64,000 nucleotides of DNA, taken from Candidatus Eiseniibacteriota bacterium. GTDB lineage: Bacteria; Joyebacterota; Joyebacteria; Joyebacterales; Joyebacteraceae. The notes beneath the pieces were generated by a model that worked only from the letters and a program-made list of their open reading frames with translations, made no database searches and had not been told where the DNA came from. Each line of letters starts with the position of its first letter. Position 1 is the stretch's first letter. The stretch covers positions 24,583 to 88,582 of the forward strand of contig JBDRIO010000006.1 of assembly GCA_043815815.1 (NCBI GenBank), in the 5' to 3' direction. Shown here one piece after another: positions 39,286 to 47,447 of the stretch. Both the position numbers and the translations under genes were made by a program.

Positions 39286-40209
39286 TTGAGACATACGCCG
39301 CTTTTGGTTCTGGCCGTCGCGATCTCCATGGTCATGGCCCAGTCACCGCTCAGGGCCGAGCCGGCCGATAGCGTCTCCACCGGCGTCTGCGCGGGTGTGG
39401 TCGTGTCGGTGCGTGGCGACGTGAAGGTGGAGCGGGACGGGTCGAGCGAACCGGTGACCGAGGGGCTTGTTCTGCAGGACGGCGACATCGTGTCGGCGCC
39501 CGACGGAGCGAGGTGCACCGGCTTCACGCCGTCCGGTGAGCCTTTCGACCTTCCCGGTCCCGGCGAGCTGCGTCTGGCCATCACGCAGGCGGAGGGCGTC
39601 ATCGACCGGGTGTCTCTCTGGGTCCGAAGGCAGCTCACGCAGTGGATCGGGGAGAGCAGGCGTCAGCCCATCGTGACCAGGACCCTCATGCGCGACTGGG
39701 AGGTCGAGACGCTGACCCCGGCGCCGATAATCCCGGCACCAGGGGGACACGTGAGACCCGGGGCCTCGGTCTTCTATTGGGGATCCGTGCCGGGGATCGA
39801 CAGCTACACGGTCACCCTCGTCGCCGACGACGGCAAGGAGTCCAGCAAGATCGTGCGGAGCCACAGGCTCGTCATCGACGACCTCGTTCCCGGCCAGGAG
39901 TACGTCTGGAAGGTCCAGCCCTCCGTGGACGGCTGGACGGGCCGGTCGAAGTGGCGGAGCTTCCGGGTCATGCTCTCCGAGGAGGAGAACAGCCTGGACG
40001 GCGCGCTCCGGGAGATGGACGATCTGGAGGCGGGCGTCCTTCTCCTGTCCGCCGGCCTGCACGACGAGGCCGTGTACCGTCTGGACGCCGCCGTGGGCTC
40101 GGGGTCCCAGGCCCAGTCCGCCCGCCGGTGGCGGGCCCAGACGATGGCCGAGATAGGGCTCTATCAGGAGGCGTACGAGGACCTCGTGAGGAGCTGGGGC
40201 GAGTCCTGA
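39286..40209 (+). CDS. Secreted FecR-like domain + Fn3-like + TPR-like tail protein, paralog 1
   Basis: TTG 39286 lies 8 nt after GGGGAGG, within track ORF 39196..40209. Signal LLVLAVAISMVMAQSPLRA. FecR-like pattern VVVSVRGDVKVERDGSSEPVTEGLVLQDGDIVSAPDGARC. Fn3-like YWGSVPGIDSYTVTL..LVPGQEYVWKVQP. Confidence 0.65.
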   Translation: MRHTPLLVLAVAISMVMAQSPLRAEPADSVSTGVCAGVVVSVRGDVKVERDGSSEPVTEGLVLQDGDIVSAPDGARCTGFTPSGEPFDLPGPGELRLAITQAEGVIDRVSLWVRRQLTQWIGESRRQPIVTRTLMRDWEVETLTPAPIIPAPGGHVRPGASVFYWGSVPGIDSYTVTLVADDGKESSKIVRSHRLVIDDLVPGQEYVWKVQPSVDGWTGRSKWRSFRVMLSEEENSLDGALREMDDLEAGVLLLSAGLHDEAVYRLDAAVGSGSQAQSARRWRAQTMAEIGLYQEAYEDLVRSWGES

Positions 40210-40254
40210 GGCAGGTGGCTCTGCCGGCGGCCCGGAGATTCCTGAGGTTCGCCC

Positions 40255-40282
40255 GAACCTGGGCGGCCTCCCGTCTGTAGTT
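40255..40282 (+). promoter_or_regulatory. GAACC-N17-GTAGTT motif upstream of FecR-like paralog 2
   Basis: gaacc at 40255-40259 and gtagtt at 40277-40282, about 70 nt before the ATG at 40354. Confidence 0.35.
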
Positions 40283-40353
40283 ATTCATGGAGGCGCCGGA
40301 ACGGCGCCAGGATCGGTTCGGCTCACTTGAGACGATGGAACAGGGAGGTTCAC

Positions 40354-41256
40354 ATGCGCATATTCTCCTCCAAGAGAGCCCGCATGGGGCTCATGCTCTT
40401 CTGCCTCTGCCTCTTCCTGCCTGTCGCCGCCGGCGCCGACTGGTCCGGCGGCCTCATGGTGTCGGTGAACGGAGAGGTGGTCGTGCGGCGCGGAGAGGTC
40501 GACGAGCTTGCGAAGGAGGGATATGTCCTTCGCGAGGGCGACACGATCGTCGTGCGGATGGGGGGCGAATGCAGCGGGTTCACTCCCGTGGGAGAGGCGT
40601 TCGACCTCAAGGGTCCCGCGGAGATGCAGCTCGCTGCGGCGAGCGGTCTCGGCGGGGACCTCGCCGCGTGGGTGCGTCTGCAGCTCGCCGACTGGATCGG
40701 GGAGAGCCGCAGGCAGCCTCTCCGTACGCGCACCGTGCGCGACTGGTCGCTCCCGACGGAGGCCCCGACCCAGATCATACCAGCGTCCGGCGGGAGGGTC
40801 CGTCCGGCCGACGCGCGCCTCTACTGGAGCGAGGTGCCGGGCGTCGGCAGCTACACGTTGACGATCGCGCCGTCCGCGGGTGAAGAGGTCCAGCGCGTTG
40901 TCCGTGACAACGGCGCGGTGCTCGAGGAGCTCGTTCCGGGCGAGGAGTACGTCTGGAAGGTGCAGCCCGAGGCCGAGGGCTGGGACGGCGAGAGCGGCTG
41001 GCGCGACTTCGTGGTCATGACGCCCGAGGAGGAGGTGCGACTCGACCAGGCGATGGAGGGTCTTGGCGATCTCGAGGCGGGAGTCCTCCTTCTGTCGTCC
41101 GGACTTCACGAGGAGGCGATCTACCGGTTCGACGTCGCGGTCGCCTCGGCCAGCCAGGTTCGCTCGGCCCGGATGTGGAGGGCGAGGGCCTTCGCGGACA
41201 TCGGGCTCTACAAGCAGGCATACGAGGACCTGATCGAAGCCAGAGGTAACGAGTGA
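40354..41256 (+). CDS. Secreted FecR-like domain + Fn3-like + TPR-like tail protein, paralog 2
   Basis: ATG 40354 follows GGGAGG, within track ORF 40327..41256. Signal MGLMLFCLCLFLPVAAGA. Collinear with paralog 1 throughout: WIGESRRQP, LVPGEEYVWKVQP, LEAGVLLLSSGLHEEAIYR. Confidence 0.65.
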   Translation: MRIFSSKRARMGLMLFCLCLFLPVAAGADWSGGLMVSVNGEVVVRRGEVDELAKEGYVLREGDTIVVRMGGECSGFTPVGEAFDLKGPAEMQLAAASGLGGDLAAWVRLQLADWIGESRRQPLRTRTVRDWSLPTEAPTQIIPASGGRVRPADARLYWSEVPGVGSYTLTIAPSAGEEVQRVVRDNGAVLEELVPGEEYVWKVQPEAEGWDGESGWRDFVVMTPEEEVRLDQAMEGLGDLEAGVLLLSSGLHEEAIYRFDVAVASASQVRSARMWRARAFADIGLYKQAYEDLIEARGNE

Positions 41257-43139
41257 CATCACGCGGAAGACGATTGGGGAGCTGGCTTCGACGCCTGCTC
41301 CCCCTCGTTTATCTGATCCCGATCGCGTACCTGGCGCGCCCCATCTTCTGGGCGCCGCTCGACGCGCGGTTCTTCAACTACTTCCACTCGAAGCGTCCCG
41401 TGGCTCCGTGGACGGAGGTCGCCGTGGTCGGCATCGACCGACCGACCCGCGACGAGCTCCTCGAGCAACCCGTGTTCCCCCTCTCCAGGCACACCGAGAA
41501 GCACGCGCACATCGTGCGGGTCCTGGACGCCGCCGGTGCCAGGGCCATCGTCTTCGACCTGTCGCTCGGAGCCGACACCTTCGACGACCCGCCCGTCGAA
41601 TTCGCGGAGGCCCTCCGCGCGTCCGGCAAGGGGTTCATGGTCATGTCGCTTCGGGAGGAGCGCCGGACAGCCAGGTCCGGGGACACGTCCGTGCTGCTGA
41701 CCGCGAGTCTTCCCGACTCGATCCTCGTGAACGCCGCGCAGGGCGCCTTCGTCGCGGACGTCCGGACCGACTCCGACGGCACCGTGCGCCGGTTCGACCG
41801 CGACGAACGACTGACCCGCCTCGGGCTCGAGTCGCTCCCCGAGCGGCTCGCCGGGGTTCAGGCCGAGGGAAGTATCCCGATCGAGTTCCCGTCCATGAAC
41901 GTGACGATACCGGTCGTCTCGTACAAGGACGTCTACAACGAGGACGCCGATGCCCTGTCGGTCATTCCAGGTCGCATCGCCCTCGTCGGACTCGTCGACG
42001 ACCCATCGACCGACTTCGTCACGGTGCCGAGGCTCCAGGACATCGGCGGTGGCGTGGAGGCCTTCGGGCTCCCCGGCGTCGTGGTCCTAGGGGCCATCAC
42101 CGAGACGCTTATCCGTGGCGCGCCCATACGAGACGCGTCGTGGCAGGTGACGCTCCTGTGGATACTCCTCTGGTGCATCGCGTGCGTGTCAGTCATGTCG
42201 AGGCGTCGTCCGACGCTCGCGGCGTTCATAGCGCTCGGCGTCATCGCCGCCTGTCTCGTGGCGACGGGGTTCCTCCACGCCAGGGCGGACGTGGTGTTGC
42301 CCGGCGGGATGGTGCTCGGGAGCCTGCTGCTCGTGGGCGCGTTCACGCTCGTCAGCAATCACGTCGAGACGACGAAGGAACTCCACCTGGAGGCCGTCGA
42401 GAACGAGCGGGTCCGGAAGGAGCTCGAGACGGCGCGGCAGACGCAGGAGAGGTTCCTTCCCGACAACATCCCACAGGTTGAGGGTTTGGACGTCTGGGGC
42501 ATCAACGTAAGCTCTCTGGCGGTGTCCGGCGACTACTTCGACGTGATAGACCTGAACGACGGCAAGCCCCTGGTCTTCACGATAGCTGACGTGTCGGGCA
42601 AGGGCCTCCCCGCGTCGCTTCTCATGTCGAACGTTCAGGCCGGCCTGCACTGCCACGCGTTCCTGCCGGAGTTCGACCTCAAGGTCACCACAGAGAACCT
42701 CAACCGGCTCGTCCATCAGAACACGGACCCCGGCAAGTTCGTGACCCTGTTCCTGGGTGCGATCGACAAGGACACACAGCTCCTCCGATACGTCCGTGCT
42801 GGGCACGACAACCCGATACTCGTCTCGAAGGGGGGGGACGTCCGCCAGCTGGAGGAGGGTAGCTTCGTACTGGGGTTCGTTCCGGACGCCGAGTACGACG
42901 TCGCCGAGGTCCAGCTCATCGAGGGCGACGTGCTCTGTCTGTACACCGACGGAGTGACCGAAGCGCGGAACCCAGGCGACGAGGAGTTCGAGCTGGACCG
43001 CGTCATTCAGATCGTCACGGCGCACCGCCGGGAGTCGGCCGAGGAGATAGGGAAGGTGCTCCTCCAGTCGGTGCGGGACTTCTCGCAGCTCGCTCAGCAG
43101 GCCGACGACGTGACGCTCATCGTCCTCAAGGTCGGCTGA
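41253..43139 (+). CDS. CHASE2 extracytoplasmic sensor + 3 TM + PP2C/SpoIIE-type serine phosphatase
   Basis: The GTG start overlaps the upstream stop (GTGA). CHASE2 pattern VAVVGIDRPTRDEL...ARAIVFDLSLGADTFDDPPVEFAEAL, then three TM helices. SpoIIE pattern SGDYFDVIDL, FTIADVSGKGLPASLLM, RAGHDNP, LCLYTDGVTEA, DDVTLIVLKV. Confidence 0.85.
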   Translation: MTSRGRRLGSWLRRLLPLVYLIPIAYLARPIFWAPLDARFFNYFHSKRPVAPWTEVAVVGIDRPTRDELLEQPVFPLSRHTEKHAHIVRVLDAAGARAIVFDLSLGADTFDDPPVEFAEALRASGKGFMVMSLREERRTARSGDTSVLLTASLPDSILVNAAQGAFVADVRTDSDGTVRRFDRDERLTRLGLESLPERLAGVQAEGSIPIEFPSMNVTIPVVSYKDVYNEDADALSVIPGRIALVGLVDDPSTDFVTVPRLQDIGGGVEAFGLPGVVVLGAITETLIRGAPIRDASWQVTLLWILLWCIACVSVMSRRRPTLAAFIALGVIAACLVATGFLHARADVVLPGGMVLGSLLLVGAFTLVSNHVETTKELHLEAVENERVRKELETARQTQERFLPDNIPQVEGLDVWGINVSSLAVSGDYFDVIDLNDGKPLVFTIADVSGKGLPASLLMSNVQAGLHCHAFLPEFDLKVTTENLNRLVHQNTDPGKFVTLFLGAIDKDTQLLRYVRAGHDNPILVSKGGDVRQLEEGSFVLGFVPDAEYDVAEVQLIEGDVLCLYTDGVTEARNPGDEEFELDRVIQIVTAHRRESAEEIGKVLLQSVRDFSQLAQQADDVTLIVLKVG

Positions 43140-43181
43140 GGCGCGACCCACACGGGCCGGAGCCACCCACGCGTGAACGAG

Positions 43182-43217
43182 AGAGGCGCGACCCACACGG
43201 GCCGCGCCTCTTCTTCT
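43182..43217 (+). terminator. Rho-independent terminator after the CHASE2-PP2C gene
   Basis: 9-bp stem agaggcgcg / cgcgcctct with a 12-nt loop and a tcttct tail. Confidence 0.6.
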
Positions 43218-43259
43218 GGAGCCTCATCGCGGCCAGGTCACTCGAGCCGCGCTTCCGCC

Positions 43260-45074
43260 CTATCCATCCAGCTCGCAGTATCTGTCCACCTGCTTCGCCA
43301 GCACGCCGATGCTCCCCTTCCAGAAGTCGCGGGAGCGGATGTCGATCCCGTACTTCGCGGCGAGGTCGGCGGCCTTCCCCTCTCCGGTGCTCCGGAGGAG
43401 CTCCTTGTAGCGCGGGATGAACGCCTCGCCCTCCTTCTTATAGAGGGCGTAGACGCCGAGCCCGAACAGCAGCCCGAACGCGTAGGGGAAGTTGTAGAAG
43501 TTGTAGTCATACATGTAGTAGTGGGGCTTCAGGAGCCACATGTACGGGTGGAGATGGTCCATGTCCAGCCCGTCACCGTAGGTCTGCTTCTGCGCGTCGA
43601 TCATGATGTCGCAGAAGTCGTCGGCCGAGAGCTCCGCGTCGGCGCGGCGTCTGACGACCTCGCCCTCGAAAATGAATCGGGAGTAGATGTCCACGATGAC
43701 CTGCGACGCGTTGCTGAGCTGATTCTCGAGTATCCCCAGCTGAGCCTCGGGCGCAGCCGTCTCGAGCGCCGCGTTCGTGACGAGCGTCTCACAGAAGATC
43801 GACGCGGTCTCGGCGAGCGTCATGGGCGAGCCGGCTCGGATCATGGGGAGACCGATCTGGCAGTAGTTGTGGAACCCGTGGCCGAGCTCGTGGGAGACGG
43901 TCGAGAGCTGGTCGAAGCTCCCGTCGAAGTTGCACATGATCCTCGACTCGTCGACCTTGGGCACGCGCATGCAGAACGCGCCCCCGATCTTACCCTCGCG
44001 CGGCTCTGCGTCGATCCAGTCGTTCTCGAACGCGTTCTTCGCGTAGTCGGCGAGTTCGCCGCTGAACGTCCCGAACTGTTCGATGACGAACGCGACCAGC
44101 TCGTCCCACGAGTACTTGAGCTCGACCTTGCCCACCGGAGCGAACATGTCCCACCACGGGAGCTTCCCCTTCCCGAGTTTCCCTGCCTTGCTCTGGAGGT
44201 ACCGCCTGAACGTGGGGAACGAGTCCTTCATTGAGCCAGTGAGCGCGTCGAGCGTGCCCCGGTCCATCTTGTTGAGCTCGAGCGAACCGTGCAGTACGTC
44301 GTCGTAGCCTCTCCGCTTGGCCAGCGTGACGGCGGTCCCCTTGACCCCGTTCAACGCGAAGGCGACCGGCTCACGGATAGACGTCCATCCCTCGATCTCG
44401 ACGTCGTACGCCCGCTTCCGGACGTCGGGGTCCGCGTCGTTCGCGAGATTGCGGAGCACCGGCATCGGCAGCTCCTCGGTCTTCCCGTCCCGCTCGAACG
44501 GCATCTTGAGTTGGCTCGTGACCCGCTCCTGCAGCTTGTCCATGATGCCGCCGCCGGACACCACGAGCTCCGAGGCGAGTGCCTCCATCTCCGCGCTCAT
44601 GCGGAACCTGCTGTCGTCGGCGATGTCCTTGAGGGCGCCGTGATGCTCCTTCGCTCTGGGCGCCGACTCCACGATCTTGTCGAGCATCGGGGCGAGCGAC
44701 CCCACCCAGGCTTCGAACGGCACGTAGACCTTCTGGAAGCGGACACGGAGCTGCTCGAGTTCGCTCTGCCTCTTGGCGGCCAGCGTGTTGCGCGAATCGG
44801 TCGACACGAAGCTGTAGATGTAGGCGTTCAGGGTGGACATCGTGCGCAGCGTGCCGTTCAGGAGGTCGATGACGCCGTCCAGGGCCTTGCCCGTGGCCGC
44901 GGCATCGGGCGGGAGGGCGTCGAGCTTGCCGATCCCGTGCTCCTTCAGGTAGGTCTCCAGCTTGTCAAGGTCGCGCTTGAACTTGTCGACGTCGGCCCTG
45001 AAGTCGGCCGCGTCGAGCCCTCCGTACACGTTCGAGAGGTCCCAGTGGGGCAGTGCCACCTTCACATCGGCCAT
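43260..45074 (-). CDS. pepF: Oligoendopeptidase F family metallopeptidase (M3B)
   Basis: ATG 45074 follows AAGGAGG, within track ORF 43260..45542. Zinc motif HELGHGFH. Confidence 0.9.
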   Translation of the reverse strand: MADVKVALPHWDLSNVYGGLDAADFRADVDKFKRDLDKLETYLKEHGIGKLDALPPDAAATGKALDGVIDLLNGTLRTMSTLNAYIYSFVSTDSRNTLAAKRQSELEQLRVRFQKVYVPFEAWVGSLAPMLDKIVESAPRAKEHHGALKDIADDSRFRMSAEMEALASELVVSGGGIMDKLQERVTSQLKMPFERDGKTEELPMPVLRNLANDADPDVRKRAYDVEIEGWTSIREPVAFALNGVKGTAVTLAKRRGYDDVLHGSLELNKMDRGTLDALTGSMKDSFPTFRRYLQSKAGKLGKGKLPWWDMFAPVGKVELKYSWDELVAFVIEQFGTFSGELADYAKNAFENDWIDAEPREGKIGGAFCMRVPKVDESRIMCNFDGSFDQLSTVSHELGHGFHNYCQIGLPMIRAGSPMTLAETASIFCETLVTNAALETAAPEAQLGILENQLSNASQVIVDIYSRFIFEGEVVRRRADAELSADDFCDIMIDAQKQTYGDGLDMDHLHPYMWLLKPHYYMYDYNFYNFPYAFGLLFGLGVYALYKKEGEAFIPRYKELLRSTGEGKAADLAAKYGIDIRSRDFWKGSIGVLAKQVDRYCELDG

Positions 45075-45246
45075 TGCGCTCCTCCTTAACTCTCTGGTTT
45101 GATGGCGGAACCACCATGCTATCACGCGGCGGGGCCCCGGTGAAGGGGCACTTGGGTGCCGCCTGGCGGGGCTTCGCCGGCACGCTGCAGTGCGAGCTCG
45201 GTGGTCGACAGACAGACGCAGGCATCCGGCTGAGGGAGGAGTTGAG

Positions 45247-46242
45247 ATGAAGAGAGCATCGGTGTTTCTCGCGATCGCGGTGGTCCTGAGCGCCCTGTCA
45301 GGCCCCGCGTGGGCCGTCAAGGTCGACCGCGACTTCCACGAGAGCTTCGAGGTCAGGGGCGGCTTCCGCCTCGATCTGCACCACGGCGACGGTGACGTGA
45401 CCATCACGCCCTGGGACAAGGACGTCATCGACATCACTGTGCGATACCGCTCCGACGTGACGCGAGTCGGACTCGGCGGCCCGCCAGACTTCGAGGTCGA
45501 GTTCAAGGAGGGCGAGGACTTCGTGAGGGTTATCGGACGCATGACCCCGGCCGGCCCCGCCTTCTTTCAGTCCCTGCGCGTGCACGAGTACGCCTACACG
45601 ATACAGGCGCCGTCCTACGTCGTGCTCAAGCTGGACGGAGACGACGGCGATATCGAGATCACCGGGTGGCGCGCCGACGTCGACTGCTCGCTGGACGACG
45701 GCGACCTGCTGTTCGATGACGTGGCGAACTCGCGCACCAGACTCTCCTTCGACGACGGCGACTTCACCGCCCTCGGCATGAAGGGCGAGCTTCGCCTGTC
45801 GTGTGACGACGGGGACGTACGGCTGTCGAGTTGTGAGTTCACGAAGGTGAGGATGGACCTGGAGGACGGCGACGTCACCGCGACCGATTGCACGGGCGAG
45901 TTCTCCGTGTCGGTCGATGACGGCGACGTGTCGCTCGCTCTCTCGTCGTGTCGCGAGGCGCGCGTGCGCAGCGCTGACGGCGACGTCGAGATCGCCGTCG
46001 GGGGCGGGGAGGTCGACGAGATAGACGTGGCGACCGACGACGGCGACGTCTTCGTGTCGATGCCCGTGGGCAGCTCCTACTCGTTCCTCATCACGATGGA
46101 CGACGGTCGCGTACGGGTGAACGTTCCGGAGCGCGAGGCGTTCGAGAAGGACGAGAACGCGGTCTCCGGCAAGGTGCGTGGCGGCCGGGGCCGCGTCCGC
46201 GTGAGGACGAACGACGGGAACGTTCTGTTGCAGGAGGGCTAG
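45247..46242 (+). CDS. Secreted DUF4097-like beta-repeat protein (putative adhesin family)
   Basis: Signal MKRASVFLAIAVVLSALSGPAWA. Repeated DDGD(V/L) beta-strand units. Confidence 0.65.
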   Translation: MKRASVFLAIAVVLSALSGPAWAVKVDRDFHESFEVRGGFRLDLHHGDGDVTITPWDKDVIDITVRYRSDVTRVGLGGPPDFEVEFKEGEDFVRVIGRMTPAGPAFFQSLRVHEYAYTIQAPSYVVLKLDGDDGDIEITGWRADVDCSLDDGDLLFDDVANSRTRLSFDDGDFTALGMKGELRLSCDDGDVRLSSCEFTKVRMDLEDGDVTATDCTGEFSVSVDDGDVSLALSSCREARVRSADGDVEIAVGGGEVDEIDVATDDGDVFVSMPVGSSYSFLITMDDGRVRVNVPEREAFEKDENAVSGKVRGGRGRVRVRTNDGNVLLQEG

Positions 46243-46254
46243 GCTCGGCCTGCG

Positions 46255-46806
46255 TCAGGGCTTCGGGAGCCTGAATCTCGTCAGGATCCCGAGCGAGAAC
46301 CACCCTGTGACCGCGACGAACACGACGAGGACGATGAGGAAGTCGCGGGTGAGCGCGGGCGGTCCCGGAGTCAGGTTCGAGCGGAACACGATCTCCGCCA
46401 CGGCTATGAGAAAGGCCAGCGTGGCGGCCATCATCCAGAGGACCCGACTCCAGACGAAGTGCAGGCTCTCGGAACGGCGCTCGGGCTCGAGCCAGTAGTC
46501 CCTGTTTGGGATGTTGAGCGCGCCCGTTGGTATCCTCATGGCGAAGCGGGCGATCAGGAAGGCACCCACGACCATCGCGCCCTCTATGACCCCGTAGATC
46601 AGCATGAAGCTCCTGGTTCCGCTCCACCCGTCGGCCTGACCGGACGCGCCGAAGTGCGTGGCTATCGTCTCCGGCAGGTTCGGGTAGTGGTGGACGAGCT
46701 GGAACGCGGCCACCGCCGCCAGCAAGACCATGACCGTGAGAGGCGACCTGTCGACCTCAGCGTACCGGTCGCCCGGCCTGCCGCCGTCGTATCTATCCGA
46801 GTCCAT
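46255..46806 (-). CDS. DUF1648/SdpI-like integral membrane protein
   Basis: HHYPNLPETIATHFGASGQADGWSG followed by four TM segments. Confidence 0.6.
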   Translation of the reverse strand: MDSDRYDGGRPGDRYAEVDRSPLTVMVLLAAVAAFQLVHHYPNLPETIATHFGASGQADGWSGTRSFMLIYGVIEGAMVVGAFLIARFAMRIPTGALNIPNRDYWLEPERRSESLHFVWSRVLWMMAATLAFLIAVAEIVFRSNLTPGPPALTRDFLIVLVVFVAVTGWFSLGILTRFRLPKP

Positions 46807-47446
46807 TCAGGGTCCTCCACTCATCTTCCAGGATCGCGTAGAGGTAGGAGTCTCTCCACTCTCCGCGTATGGCCGAGTCGGCCCGGAAGTGGGCCTCTCT
46901 CCTCATTCCGGTCTTCTCGAGAACGCGCGCGGACGCCAGGTTCTCGACGTCGCAGGTGGCGACGATCCTGTGCAGCCCGAGCCGCTCGAACCCGAAGCGT
47001 ACGATCCGGCGGGACGCCTCGGTCCCGTAGCCCAGCCCCCAGGCGTCGCGCCTCAGGCAGTAGCCCATGTCCGCGCCCCTGTCGGACGGCGCCGACACCC
47101 TGATGCCGCAGCCGCCTATCGCGCGTCCGTTGTCGGCGAGCGTGACCGCCAGCTCGAACTTGTCGCGAGGCTCTTCGCGCTGCGATGCGAGGGAGCGCTC
47201 GATGAACTCGTGCGTGGCCGTCTCGGTGTTCGGTCCCCAGGGCATGAAGCGCACGACCTCGGGGTCGGACCCGTACTCGTGCACGGCGCTCCAGTCGCTC
47301 TCCACGAAGTCGCGGAGGACGAGGCGTTCTGTCCAGAGGGGAAGTACTACGTCTCCCACTTCGTTCCTCTTCTGCAGGGGCTGCGGGTCGGCTTCGCTCA
47401 CGGAGGTTCCATGCCGCCCGCCGGACGGCGACGTCGCGTCAGGCAC
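46793..47446 (-). CDS. GNAT family N-acetyltransferase (RimJ/RimL-like)
   Basis: TERLVLRDFVESDWSAVHEYGSDPEVVRFMPWGPN and GYGTEASRRIVRFGFERLGLHRI. The start is not certain. Confidence 0.8.
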   Translation of the reverse strand: MPDATSPSGGRHGTSVSEADPQPLQKRNEVGDVVLPLWTERLVLRDFVESDWSAVHEYGSDPEVVRFMPWGPNTETATHEFIERSLASQREEPRDKFELAVTLADNGRAIGGCGIRVSAPSDRGADMGYCLRRDAWGLGYGTEASRRIVRFGFERLGLHRIVATCDVENLASARVLEKTGMRREAHFRADSAIRGEWRDSYLYAILEDEWRTLNGLG

Positions 47447-47447
47447 G

